64,000 bases of DNA from Selaginella moellendorffii (taxonomy: Eukaryota > Plantae > Lycopodiophyta): assembly GCF_000143415.4 (NCBI RefSeq), contig NW_003314297.1, positions 1,279,430 through 1,343,429 on the forward strand, written 5' to 3'. A program made the position numbers and the translations under genes. Below the pieces are notes generated by a model. It ran no database searches and was not told the origin of the DNA. It was given only the letters and a program-made list of their open reading frames with translations. The first letter of the stretch is position 1; each line of letters opens with the position of its first letter. This document shows, piece by piece, positions 35,329 through 46,630 of the stretch.

Positions 35329-37350
35329 TCAAGTAGCATAGAGGTTTGAAAGAAGAGCATATGATTTTGGATCCAATCGCAAGAGCTCTCCTGCATTGCG
35401 ATCGCCGCATCCAACATCTCCCTGGATCCGGCACGCGCCCAGCAGCGTGTTCATCGCCACGTCGCTGGGAAGAAAGGGCATGTTTTGGAGGAGATCCTCC
35501 GATTGCTCGAGCATCCCAATTCGGCCCAGGAGATCCACGACGCAGCAGTAGTGATCCAGCGCCGGTTCGATCGAGTGATCCGATATCATCCAGTAGAAGC
35601 ACTGGATTGCCGGATCGAGTAGCCCGGCGTGGCTGAAAGCTGCCAGGATTGCCACGAATGTGGGTTGCGATGCTCGAACGCCCCCTTGGAGCATGGATCG
35701 AAAGAGGGATAGAATCTCTTGGAAAACCGAACCCGCCAGGGCATAGGCAGTGATTAAAGTGTTCCATCCAGAGGCATTGTGGAAGGGCATTCTCGTATCA
35801 AACAAAAGCTTGGCTGTTTTAATATGCCCACTTTGGGCATACGCAGCAAGAACAGTGTTCCAAGAAAAAGTGTCGTGTTTTGGTAACATTTCAAAACATC
35901 TCTCCACTTTTTCTACATGGTAACTTTGTAATGAAGAAAAAAGTAGAGCGTTCCATGCGACAATATCACGCTGCGGCATCTCGTAGAAGATTCTCTCCGC
36001 CTCTTTGATATGCCCTTTCGCGGTATATGCGGTAATAAGAGCCGTCCAAGAGAGAACACTCCATTTGGGCATTCTGTCGAAGAGGGCTTTCGAAAATACT
36101 GTAATCACACACTCCCAAGACATGATTTGGCGCTCCGGCATTCTCTCAAACACAAGCTTTGCTTTCGAGAACTCCTCGTTTCGTACGAGACCGTGGAGGA
36201 GAATGTTCCATGATACTGAATCCCATCCCGGGGATCTCCCGTATACCTCTAGTGCGAAGTGTACATTGCTTCTCTGAGCATACGCATTGACGATTGAATT
36301 CCATGACACCAGGTCACGCTCTTTTCTCAGTGTAAAGACATTCCAGGCATCGTCTAGATGCCCATTCTCGGCATAAGCCACGGCTAGTATATTCCATGAC
36401 GCCGTGTCCCATCCAGGCATGGAATCGAAGATGCTTTTGGCGGCAAAAGGGTGTCTGCTCTGGGAATATGCCGAAAGAATTGAGTTCCAGGCAATTCCAT
36501 CTTTATACAGCATTTGATCAAACAAGGTTTTGGCTTCAAATGTACAGGAGTTAGCGGCATAGGCAGAAAGCAGTGTTGTGAGGCAATGGAGACAGTGCTC
36601 TGGCATCTTTTGTAATACGATCTTTGCAAATTCCAAGATTCCAGCTTGGATGTATCCTCTGACGAGATAGATCCAGGAATCTTTGTCTCTCTCCAGCATA
36701 GAATCAAACGTTCCTTTACCTTGTGACAAGACTCCTGACTGGAAATAACGCAACAGCAAAGAATTCCATCCCAGAACATTGTGTTGTGGCATCTTGCCTA
36801 GGAAACCTTCGAGCATATTCAAATTGCCGTGCACAGTATAGCAGGATAGTAGAATGTTCCACGAGGATAGAATTCTTACCGGCATCTGATCAAAGAGAAT
36901 CTTTGCAAGATCCAGATTTCCAGCCCGGGCATATGCCATCAGCATGGCATTGAAAGCCAAGGAATCCCATTCTGGCATATTCTCAAAGATCTTAGACGCT
37001 TGAAAACAACTCCCACGTCTCGCAGTTCCTGCCAAGATAGTGTTCCATGTTACGGCATCTTTCTGCGAGGCTTTAAAAAAGATACCACTTGCGTCGTCAA
37101 GATACCCGCTTTGGGCATATGCCGCTATTATCATATTTACAGAGTAAGCATTGGGCCCGTTGATGGAGTCAAAGACACTGCGGGCATCTTTGGGACTTCC
37201 ACACTTGCCAAACATTTCAATCATTAAGTTGGCGAGGTATCTATCATGGCGGTGGTCACTCCTGGATATCCAGTCGTACAGTTTCGTACATTCCGACAAG
37301 AGCCGTGAGTCACCGTGGAGCTTTATGCTCCCGGCAAGCTTAGCTTGCAT
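35329..37350 (-). CDS. PLS-class PPR protein rich in short (S/SS-type) repeats, E domain, no DYW
   Basis: 673-aa ORF with repeated FDxMPxxDxxSWN motifs, ending HYCCVVDLLGRIG...LLGACRIQGD...YALLSNLY. Confidence 0.85.
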   Translation of the reverse strand: MQAKLAGSIKLHGDSRLLSECTKLYDWISRSDHRHDRYLANLMIEMFGKCGSPKDARSVFDSINGPNAYSVNMIIAAYAQSGYLDDASGIFFKASQKDAVTWNTILAGTARRGSCFQASKIFENMPEWDSLAFNAMLMAYARAGNLDLAKILFDQMPVRILSSWNILLSCYTVHGNLNMLEGFLGKMPQHNVLGWNSLLLRYFQSGVLSQGKGTFDSMLERDKDSWIYLVRGYIQAGILEFAKIVLQKMPEHCLHCLTTLLSAYAANSCTFEAKTLFDQMLYKDGIAWNSILSAYSQSRHPFAAKSIFDSMPGWDTASWNILAVAYAENGHLDDAWNVFTLRKERDLVSWNSIVNAYAQRSNVHFALEVYGRSPGWDSVSWNILLHGLVRNEEFSKAKLVFERMPERQIMSWECVITVFSKALFDRMPKWSVLSWTALITAYTAKGHIKEAERIFYEMPQRDIVAWNALLFSSLQSYHVEKVERCFEMLPKHDTFSWNTVLAAYAQSGHIKTAKLLFDTRMPFHNASGWNTLITAYALAGSVFQEILSLFRSMLQGGVRASQPTFVAILAAFSHAGLLDPAIQCFYWMISDHSIEPALDHYCCVVDLLGRIGMLEQSEDLLQNMPFLPSDVAMNTLLGACRIQGDVGCGDRNAGELLRLDPKSYALLSNLYAT

Positions 37351-37826
37351 GGACGAATCTCTTCATCATCTAGCAGGATATATGCTGGAAGTGCTCCGGT
37401 AATATGCTCGAGAATATGCACGCGTACGGTAAAAGAACGCTCGAGCATCTTAAGATATCCATTCGCATTCGCATATCCATATTTTTGGTACAGAGAACTT
37501 GGCCACTCTTCCATCGACCATGTAATTCATACAGTGTCTCCAACGACCAGCACAGAATGTGGTGACCTGGCACGACCGTCGGATGCTCCATCTCCGGAAT
37601 AGCCAGCGGATGGGGCCGTCCAAGCCGCCCGCGGGAGTATTAAACGTCAAAGGAGAGAGGAGCTTGGCGCATTTTACGGAAGACGCGAAATCTAGGTCTG
37701 TTTGATCCATTTTCGTGGTTTTTGGCTCCTCGCTCGCTCGCGGGCATCTTTGGCGCCGCGGCACCGAGATTTCGATCGAGCCAATCCCTCGCAGCGCTAG
37801 GTTTTAGCTGAATCGTCTCTTCCAGG

Positions 37827-38376
37827 ATGCCGACGCTCAACATTAGCACCAATGTGCCGCTCGATGGCGTCTCGACATCGGATATTCTCAAGGACGCTAG
37901 CAGGACGGTCGCGCGCGTTCTTGGCAAGCCAGAGAGTGTGAGTTTTCAATCCCTTCGATTATTCTCAGGGAGATTTGGCTAGATTTCCATCACTTTTGGG
38001 GTTCTTCACTCGCATTTGATTTCGATTTTTATGTAACTTTGGCTCATTGGTTTTTTGTGCAGTATGTGATGATCATCATAAATGGTGCTGTGCCAATCTC
38101 TTTTGGAGGGAGTGAGGAGCCAGCAGCATACGGGGAGCTCGTTTCAATCGGCGCAATCTCCCCCGACTCGAACAAGAAGTTGAGCAAAGCCATAGCCGAG
38201 CTCCTCCAGTCCAAGCTCGCAGTGCCCCCGAATCGCTTCTACATCAAATTCTACGATGTCAAGGTTCTAAAAATCTCTCCTCCAACATTCCAACATTCCC
38301 AGAGAAAGATTTCAAGCTGAAGTCCTCCATTTTCTTGCAGGGAAGCAACTTTGGCTGGAATGGATCGACTTTTTAG
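37827..38376 (+). CDS. MIF: Macrophage migration inhibitory factor / D-dopachrome tautomerase-like protein (3 exons)
   Basis: Exons 37827-37937, 38063-38263, 38341-38376: MPTLNISTNV...GKPESYVMI...AAYGELVSIG...RFYIKFYDVKGSNFGWNGSTF; catalytic Pro after Met. Confidence 0.95.
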
Positions 38377-39291
38377 GCAGAACTTTTTCTTGGTATGCAT
38401 GCTTCTTTTCAGTTTCACTAGTCTTGGATCGTTTCATCGCCTACGCTTTGATCCTAGATATAAATCTTTGCTCGCTCGTATCGTTGGTAAGAAAATTGTT
38501 ACAATGGCAGGCGGGGCGATCTTCGTTTTGATCGTTTTAATCTAAAGAAAGAGATTTGATATCTTTAGCTATGATCTTCTAGCCACACACATTGGATCGC
38601 CGGACGGATCTCCTCCGGCGCTTGTAAAGCCGTCGGGAGATTCTATCCGGCGTGGTAATAATGTTGTGGGTAACGCGCGTGAAAAGACCGGCGCCGTAAG
38701 TCGGGACAGGTGAAAGCGAACGTAAATCGCGCGTACCGCGCGTGTGGAGAGCGATGTTATAATACAAAAATGGGAACCGTAAACTACGAGACAAAGTAAG
38801 GCGGCGGCTACGTATAATTATACGATCCGTAGTGAAGCAGGGCTGCCAATACGCCGACGGGCGAGGCTGACGGGAGTGAAGTTTTATTTGAATGCGCGAA
38901 TGGCGAAGCTAGGGTTTTTGTGTGTTTTGTCTGGGATGAAGAACAGTGGTGAGATCGCCAGATCTTGTCCCCGAGCGGCGAGCTCTGGCAATGTGGCTAC
39001 TGGATGAGGAACGCGCTGATCAGATGCATCGGAGAACACGCCAGCGGCGTATAAAATCGCGTGGAAGACGAGTTCTTCAAAGCTCGCGCTCGCCCGTTTC
39101 ATTCTTTTGATCACAGATTCTAGACGAAGAACACACAGGCGGTATCGGCATTGGCATTGGCAAGGCGCATCGCGGCAGATTTTCATCGTGCTGTGCTTCG
39201 ATTCTTTTCCTGAGTTTCGCCCGAAATATCCAGGGCGCTGCTCCTTTCTCCCTTCTTTCTTCGCAGATCGATCGAAATTTCCACCGATCCG

Positions 39292-41249
39292 ATGGCGCTA
39301 GGTACCGGATGGCTCCAAATTCATAGCGATCGGCTCCAGCAGCAGCCGAAACTCGAGAGCGATCACGTCCTGGAGCAGCATAATCTGATAGGGCGCCTGG
39401 ATCATTTCGAGAACCAGGAGCCTCTCACTGCCGATCACAGCGGCGTTCATTCAAGGCTCGAATTCGATCCTTCCGCCGAGGTCTTGGCGGCCATTGCCGG
39501 TGCTAGCCAGCAGCTGCAAATGCCACAGGGTCATCAAATATCTTCCCAGTCGACGCCGGTGGTGAAGAGAAAGAGAGGGCCGGCTGGAACAAGCAGCAGG
39601 GAGAGGTCGTGCAAGATCCCCGCGCCCACCGCTGGCAAGCGAAGCTCGATCTATCGAGGTGTCACGAGGTACTATATCCTTTACACCGATCGATCTCCAA
39701 ATATTTCGTTTCTTAATGTTTCTCTTCTTCCTCGTTTGCTGCAGGCACAGATGGACGGGTCGGTACGAAGCACATTTATGGGACAAAAGTACCTGGAATC
39801 ATACTCAAAACAAGAAGGGCAAGCAAGGTAAGCTCGAGCTTTGTTTCAAACATGTATAACCAGCTTCTTCGGACTTGCCAATGGATGCGTGCAGTCTATC
39901 TAGGTACTTTCGCGTTGCTCCCTTATAGTTCGCTATCAAGTGGTGTTTGTCTAAAGTTCTTTGGTGCTTGAACTTTTCTTGTAGGAGCTTATGACGATGA
40001 AGAGGCTGCTGCTAGAGCTTACGATCTCGCTGCCCTCAAGTACTGGGGTCCGGGCACACTTATAAACTTCCCCGTAAAAAGCCTTTCAGTTTGACAAATT
40101 GCATACTAGCTGAAGAGCCTTTTGTAATTTGTGCAGGTAACAGACTACGCTAAAGACATTGACGAGATGCAGAGTGTCACAAGGGAGGAGTATCTTGCGT
40201 CGTTAAGAAGGTACGCTTGGGGTTGAGCATTGTCTTGACCGGACTATAAGTTTGTTTTTCTGTGCACAGGAAAAGCAGCGGGTTCTCTAGAGGTGTTTCA
40301 AAGTACCGAGGAGTGGCCAGGTGCTTGCGTTGTCCGGTCATTATTTAAATATCTAGATTGAGCTTTTCTCGTCTCTTTCGCTGCTTTCACAGGCACCACC
40401 ACAATGGACGATGGGAAGCTCGTATCGGTCGCGTGTTCGGGAACAAGTACCTCTACCTTGGCACGTACAGTAAGTACAAATTGGATCCTGTTTATCTTGC
40501 TAATCAGCATTCATGCTTTCCATTTAGGTACTCAAGAGGAAGCTGCAGCAGCCTATGACATGGCTGCCATAGAATACAGAGGCCTTAATGCAGTAACCAA
40601 TTTCGATTTAAGTCGATACATTCGCTGGCTGAGGCCGAAAGCTGGGGCCGTGGCACCAGACGGCGAGGAGTTTCAAGGCATGCCCCGAGCAGAAGAAGCA
40701 TCAAACCAGCAACTGTGGCCACCAATTCAACCCGGCAACTATGCAGAACAGCAGCTTCCGCTACTAGGATCGCTGGGCCTCGCTTCTTACGATCACGACA
40801 ATAACAATCATCGTAGCAACAGCAACCAAGCTCAAAAGAAGGACGCGTCGCCAACGGCCCTGGGGCTGCTGCTCCAGTCATCAATGTTTAGGCAAATGGT
40901 CGAAAAGACGTCTGGTGCGAGCGGGCAGGAACTGAGCATGGACGTTGGTGGTCACTATCTAGCTGCTTCTGAGGTGTACCAACCATCTAGTAGTGACGTC
41001 CCAGACGAGGAACCGGATGCCCGATACTCGTTCCAGCCGGAGACTTATACGTTTCTCCAGAGCGAAAGTCTCCATGGACAAGATGATGGCTCCAATAACC
41101 AGCAATCGGAGCAGCAACAGCAGGAAAACCAGGCCGAGCCAGCGGCTGAAGAAGTGACTACAACAGATGATCAGGGCCTCTCATTATGGAGCACTTATAA
41201 CGGATCAAGCTGCAGTACCCTGCCATTGACAAGCGCGATTGGCTCCTGA
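39292..41249 (+). CDS. WRI1: Double-AP2 transcription factor, WRINKLED/basal-ANT type
   Basis: [25 protein letters not shown], 9-nt VYL microexon 39895-39903, [42 protein letters not shown]; [14 protein letters not shown]. Confidence 0.9.
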
Positions 41250-41480
41250 CACGAGACAAGCCTCATAACTTAAATCACTTCATCAATCAGGTACATCATT
41301 TACAGTTTGGATTGAGAGCAACTTGGTCAGATTCCGTTCTAAATTGAAGCCTCTGGTGCTTGCAGTTAACAGATCAATGTAGCCAGAGAGGAGGAAGAAG
41401 CATAGAATAGAAGTGACATTCACGAGAAGTCGGCATCAGCAGGAAAAGCGACGCCTTGGATGGGATCAAGTTGGCGTAAA

Positions 41481-44400
41481 TTAGAGCTGGCTCCTGTCGT
41501 CCGCCTCCTGTGAAGTTCACACAAACACAGACAGAGAAAGTAGCTTGTTTTGTGAGCAACACAGTACCAGGGAGGTAACCAAAGGCACAGGTGCTTTTCT
41601 CCCTTTTGACTTACCGTTTCGAGTGCCGTGACAGATGAATAGATTGCTGGCCTGGCCGCGGACGAGTACTGCTTCAGCTTTGCAGAAAGAAGTGTCACCA
41701 GGTCCTTCATCATGGCCATCTGCAAATTATTGTACTGCTCCACGTCCTACATCGCGGCACACAACACAAGCACCCGAGTTAAAACTTAAAAAGAGGCGAG
41801 GTCCATGGCCGTGGAAGAAGAGACTGGGCGTGGGCTGAGCTTTCTTCCTAGACTCGACTACACAGGGAGGACAGAGTTTGATGTGTGTCACCTTCAGCCT
41901 TTGCTGCCGCTGCTCCAGCGTGAACTTCAACTCCTCCTGTCGCTGGAGCTCGTTACGGAGTCCGAGGCTGATTAGCGATCCCTGCTGCTCCTTGGAGACT
42001 GGACGTTAAAGGTTAAGACGCGAGGAGTTTAAGAGGAAAGAAAGCTGGCGCTTGCCTTCTTCCAAGGACGATTCCACGGCCTCGAGCTCTGCGCACTTGT
42101 CCTGGTACAGCTTGTTTTCCCGTGCAAACTCTCTCTGGACTGACTCCACTTCGTTTTGCAGCCTGCTTAGCTTCCTAAGAGACATCACCAGCACGCGACG
42201 AAACAAAAACTTAGAGGTCTTTACTCCACCGAGGAGGAAGAAGAAAAGGAAGAGACTTGGGATCCGACCTTTCATAGAGAGACGAGACTTCCAAGTGGTG
42301 GCGCTTCTTTTCCGCGTGGACGATCTCCAGGTCCTGCTTGGTCTTCCTCAGGCTCTGCAGGAGTTTGACCCTGGGGGCGACTTTCTCCTTGTTCTCCCGG
42401 AGCGACTCGTTGACCTCCGCCAGCAGCGAAGTCAACGTGCCGATGGCCTTGTCCAGCTCCTCGTCCCCGCCGCTCGACTCGAGCACGTCTTCCAGCATTC
42501 CTGTAACATTCCAGTTCGTGTAACATAGCTTTGGCTCTTGCCTTGTGAGTTTAGTTTGATTTACCAGGAACGACGGGGTGTGGCATGGAGGAGGCCTGGT
42601 GCTGGAGAATTTGCAGCGTTCTTCGCAAGGCTCCAAACTCGGTGGCCATGTCGTCAGTCTCCTTTTTCATCGTCCTGTACGTGATGCTCTTCGCTCGCAG
42701 TGATTCCACAAACTGTTTGAGTTCTTCTCCTCGTAGAACTGTGCCTTTGACCTGAAACAGATGAAACTAAGTTGGTAAAAAGAAAATCGAAATTGTAAAC
42801 AAATAGAGAAAGATATTTGCCTCGTTGATAAAGTTGGTCTTTTGGGAGAAGTCGACTATGAGTTGCTCTTTTCTTGCTGTGAGAGCCGTGACCTTGTCAA
42901 ACGCTACTTTGAGCCTCTCGGCGACCAAAGCACTCTGCTGCCACTGCACAGAGTCGCCGTCGGGGGAGAGCTCGTTTCTCTTCTCCAGGCAGCTTCGTTT
43001 CCTCAGAGACTTGAGCTCGTTGTTTGCTGATACAAGCTTTGCCTGTGTCGAAAGAACCTCCATTGCAACAAAAAAGGATGAAAAAAACGAAGAGTACCTG
43101 AATTCGCGAGATTTTGTCATCGCTGTAGTTAGGATCATTCAAAACTTTGTCAAGAGCGTCTTTGTGTCGCTGTTTGTCTGCCAGCTCCTGAATAAGAGTT
43201 TGGAAGAGACAAGGTAAATCAACAGGAAAATGGAAGATATAAATCCCCCCACCTTTGGAAGTTTTGTGTCGGCGAGATAGCGTAGCATTGATATTTCCTG
43301 AGCAATTCTTTCGCTCATGAGCGGAGGTGGTGTGTTCACTAGGGCCTGCATGTACTCGAGCTTCAGCAGTGCTTTCCCGTGCTTCCCTGAGCGGCATATC
43401 GTTCCAATCAATCGACCAATTTGGAAGGAACTAGGAGGATGATTTAAATTTCTACCTGACTCGGCAGCTAAAGCTCGCTTTTGTTCCTTTACATTGTTCG
43501 CCAAGTTCGTCTCATCCAGCTTTTCGACCCTGTGTTGCTCAACCAATGCAAGGATTTGATCGAGCTTTGCTACATGCTGGCCAAAACCAAACAAAGCACA
43601 ATCTAGCAGCAGGAGAAAGAGGGAAAAGAAACCAGATGCGAACGACTTACTTGGAGCTTGGCTCGCAGTTTGGAGACTTTTGTAGACAGGTGTTCTTTCT
43701 CGGCTTCTAGTTTGTGGACGTTTTCTCGCAAAGAGACCACGTCTTTCTCCGTCTGCGCCTCCTGGAGGCTTTGCAGCCGGCAATAGTTGGCTTTGAAATG
43801 GTCCCTCAGAGCTCCGCACTGCGCTTGCAAGATGTTGCAGTCCTCGTCCAAGAGAAGCTCTCCAGGAATCTCCACTTCGTTTAGAAATTGTGACAAGTAT
43901 ACGTGCTTCTTAAACACCACAATCTAGAAAACAATAACCAAGCAGCCACCAGCAAAAAGAAGTCAGAGTATGAGAAAGGAAGAAACAAAACTCACTTTGC
44001 ATTACTGTTTAGATGGAAAATGACCTGAGGAAGCAGCCATGAGAGCAAAGGATAAATCACGTCTCTGCTCCCGGAAGATAAACCTTGACGAAATGATATC
44101 CTGCATTAGTGGAGCGATTGAATCCAAGCGAAAAGAGTAGAAAACAATATTTTCTTCTTACGCATCCATGTTGGGGAAATAATAGGAGCGCAAGAGCTCC
44201 ATCATGCAAGCAGTGGACGCCTCTAGCCCATTGCTCTCCAAGCATTTCTTCTGGAAGAAGAATGAATCGATAGGCATTTAGATGGATGCGTTACCTGGCT
44301 GGGACTGATGTAGCTCAAAACGCGGACAAGTAGCTGCCGCAGCTGCTGGGGACTCTTTTGGCTGCTCAAGAAAAGAAATAAAAAAAGAATAGTCTAGCAG

Positions 44401-44500
44401 TGATTCAGCGCAAATCCGCAAACCTAAATTCCAGAAGAGAGATCGTGTAGAAGAGCGGCGATGCATTGAGTTGAGAGACGATCGCTTGCACATCCGCCAT
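41481..44500 (-). CDS. IFT81: Intraflagellar transport protein 81, multi-exon
   Basis: MADVQAIVSQLNASPLFYTISLLEF..SPQQLRQLL; FKKHVYLSQFLNEVEIPGELLLD; LRGEELKQFVESLRAKSITY...EFGALRRTLQIL; coiled coils. Confidence 0.85.
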
Positions 44501-45900
44501 AGCATTAGGGCAAACTAAGGAGAAGATAGAATATTCTATATGCTTACTTTTAAGAATCCTAATTTCATAAAATTGGCGCCAAACGCTGTTTAAAGTTCTT
44601 TAGGAAGAGCTTATTGCAGAGATTGCGGCAAAATACTGTCCCCCCAGAAGATTAGTCCGCTAGATTGCATGCTTGTGTAGGAAATTTCTGGATTTAATTA
44701 GAGAGAAACACTCCAGTACCTTGTTCTTTGTACCTCTCACAATTACACCACAAGCTTTCTCGACTTGTCGGCGAACCAGCTCACTGGTGAGATTCCCGCA
44801 AGCTTGGGAAAGCTGGCGGGAGCTCAACTTGTCACACAACCGGCTGTCTGGAGCATTCCATGGACTCTGGGAGAGATTACGTCCATGGCAGTGCTGGATC
44901 TCTCTTTCAACCAGTAACACTGCCATGAACGCGTCTTGGGGAACCTCCACTCTTCCCACCAATTTCATTCGTTTCTTGCCTTCGGCCTGCATCGAACAAA
45001 TGAGTTGTGTATCAAGTGGCTTATCTACTTACTTGTTTCTTCAACAGCCTCTTCTTCCTCGTTATGTCTCCTCCTGCAGCATTGGAAGATTTTGAGAGCT
45101 GTACAAAGAGTTGAAAAGAGAGCACAGACCATAGCACTTGGCCAGCACGTCTTTGCACATGGCTGAGATTTGTTCACTGACAATGACTCTAGACCCAAGG
45201 CACGCATCTCAGGTTAGAGTTTTTGTAAAATATGGAAAACGAAAGATGGCACCTGAATTGGTATTTTGAAGAGCTGGAGGGGAATCAAACTTTCGAGTTT
45301 CTCTGTCAGAGCCCGTCCTATGGTGTACGCCTGTCGAAATGGAGAGATTAAGTTGCGATGTTGAGTAGAAACAGTGAACAAATACCTTATCTTTATGAAC
45401 GATTGCCGATAGCGGCTCCACAGGCTCCCCATTGATTCTTATATCAAGTTTGACAATCGCTCATGCGATATCTGCATGATTAAACGTATGATTCAGTACC
45501 AGCCTGCTTTTGATCTACACGGTAATGGAGTACTTCATGCTCGCGCAGCCCTTGCTATGTGACTTGAATGACCATTCAAGCAGAAGAAAATGCTTGAAAG
45601 TACTGTACCTCAGCCAGAGGAAGATCATAAACAACACAAGCATTTTCAGTAATATAATTCATCTCTCTGAATTCTCCATGCCTTTCTTGCGAGCTCCATC
45701 AGAGTGCCAATGTACTCTTTCGGGATCAATCTGGCTTAACTTTTGCAAAAAGCTATAAAAGGCTCCATACTCTTAAAGCAGCATCATTTAGCTGCAATTT
45801 CCCCAGTGCTTCTCGTAACTCGGGAAACCTGTTGAAACAGGACGAGTTCAAGTATATCATTAGTGCAACAAGTAGACGTACTGATCTGCATCAATAGGAA
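42950..45900 (+). repeat. Segmental duplication 2, left copy (IFT81 5' half + LepA 3' half; matches ~57362-60305)
   Basis: Colinear identity including introns, with indels. Confidence 0.9.
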
Positions 45901-46330
45901 AGTAGAGCTCTCATTTTTGACAGGTTGAAAATGGTTTTTCTCATTTGCATGACTACCTTTTTGTTTTTGCAGTTACTACAATCCCTACTGCAGCGTTATC
46001 ACGTACTTTAGAGCCGTAGATGGGAGCTTGCGTCAAGGAGAATCAGTAAAATTTATGGCTAGTGAAAGGTGGGGCATCTTCGCTCAGTCGCTGATGCAAG
46101 GTTTGGAGATACCATTACAGGTTCTTCTAGAAAAGCTGAAAAGGCGCTTCCTGGATATCCGCAGGCAACTCCAATGGTTTTCTGTGGCCTCTTTCATTGA
46201 TGCAGATCAGTAAGTTTACTTGTTGCACTAATGACATACCTGAACTCGTCCTGTTTCAACAGGTGTCCTGGGGAAATTGCAGCTAAATGATGCTGCGGAT
46301 TTCCTGGCCTTCTGCACATGGAAATAGTAC
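44660..46330 (-). pseudogene. Rearranged partial LepA/GUF1 duplicate (deletions, inverted segment ~45905-46330, LRR insert)
   Basis: [37 protein letters not shown]; plus-strand [20 protein letters not shown] is an inverted LepA exon. Confidence 0.88.
44759..44914 (+). pseudogene. Captured fragment of a plant extracellular LRR (RLK/RLP) gene
   Basis: LDLSANQLTGEIPASLGKLAG / ELNLSHNRLSG / IPWTLGEITSMAVLDLSFNQ with frameshifts; absent from the intact LepA copy at ~58815-58830. Confidence 0.85.
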
Positions 46331-46630
46331 AGGTAGTAATTAGTAAACAATAAATTAAAAATCAACCTTTGGGAGAGGTTGTCAAACGCTGCTTTGAGCA
46401 CTCTCGAGAAGTAGCCCGGGTCATTGATATATGGCTTTGCAAGAAGGCTTCCACAACGTGTCCTTGTTCAAAATCCGCAAAATCCGCAAAATCCGCTGGA
46501 TGAGCACAAACTTTCCACGCAGCCCATTATAGCCACTAAATAAAGCCAGTTCTTCGCTTAGGGCAAAGAGCTCGGCATTGGTGCAGCTGGACCAGGGGCA
46601 GCGGCGGCGATTGGGTTTAAGCTCTTGAAA

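Noticed and set aside
37370-37764. Separate small gene upstream of the third PPR
   Set aside because: Overlapping short frames with no coherent product; probably a decayed N-terminal extension or UTR of the PPR
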